A DNA stretch of 63,423 nucleotides, filler included, from Octopus bimaculoides (lineage: Eukaryota), in the NCBI RefSeq assembly GCF_001194135.2. It is 4 parts of 4 records of this genome, joined end to end, with 100 filler letters (N's around TTAATTAATTAA, not from the genome) between each part and the next. Parts side by side here need not be neighbours in the genome. Positions count along the whole stretch, not along the records: positions 60,852 to 63,423 come from NC_069005.1; 3 more parts are not named here. One strand, 5' to 3'. Of this stretch, positions 63,407-63,423 are shown piece by piece; within the stretch, counting starts at the first letter, position 1; every line of letters starts with the position of its first letter. A program made the position numbers and the translations under genes. The notes under the pieces are model-generated. The model had not been told where the DNA came from. It saw only the letters and a list, made by a program, of their open reading frames with translations, and searched no databases.

Positions 63407-63423
63407 GTATGTATACATACATA

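Overview
This is non-coding, repeat-dense eukaryotic genomic DNA, almost certainly from an octopus. That is an inference from the tRNA-derived SINE repertoire, the microsatellite density and the gappy short-read scaffold; O. bimaculoides is the likely source. About 21 N-gaps cover roughly 9 kb, and almost all are flanked by microsatellites. I can support no intact host protein-coding gene, and most of the supplied ORFs are microsatellite or N-gap artefacts. Decayed autonomous elements include an R4/Dong-type RLE LINE, RTE LINEs, a hAT transposase, two DD34D mariners, a maT-like (DD37D-type) element, a Tc1 and a Penelope GIY-YIG remnant. Non-autonomous elements include a hAT MITE, a Helentron-type element and at least six SINE-like families; the family letters A-G used here are my own labels. 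One CpG-rich, promoter-like block lies at about 54.3-55.4 kb. The best leads are: (1) that promoter with two divergent candidate first exons; (2) two long pre-miRNA-sized hairpins (58064-58159 and 21081-21162); (3) a compact element bounded by ~230 bp direct repeats; (4) decayed hammerhead-like cores; (5) module-shuffled SINEs; and (6) (TAA)n tracts used as a shared landing site by unrelated elements. I did not find a demonstrably new biological system. These are hypotheses with stated tests. Family names from recall need database confirmation.
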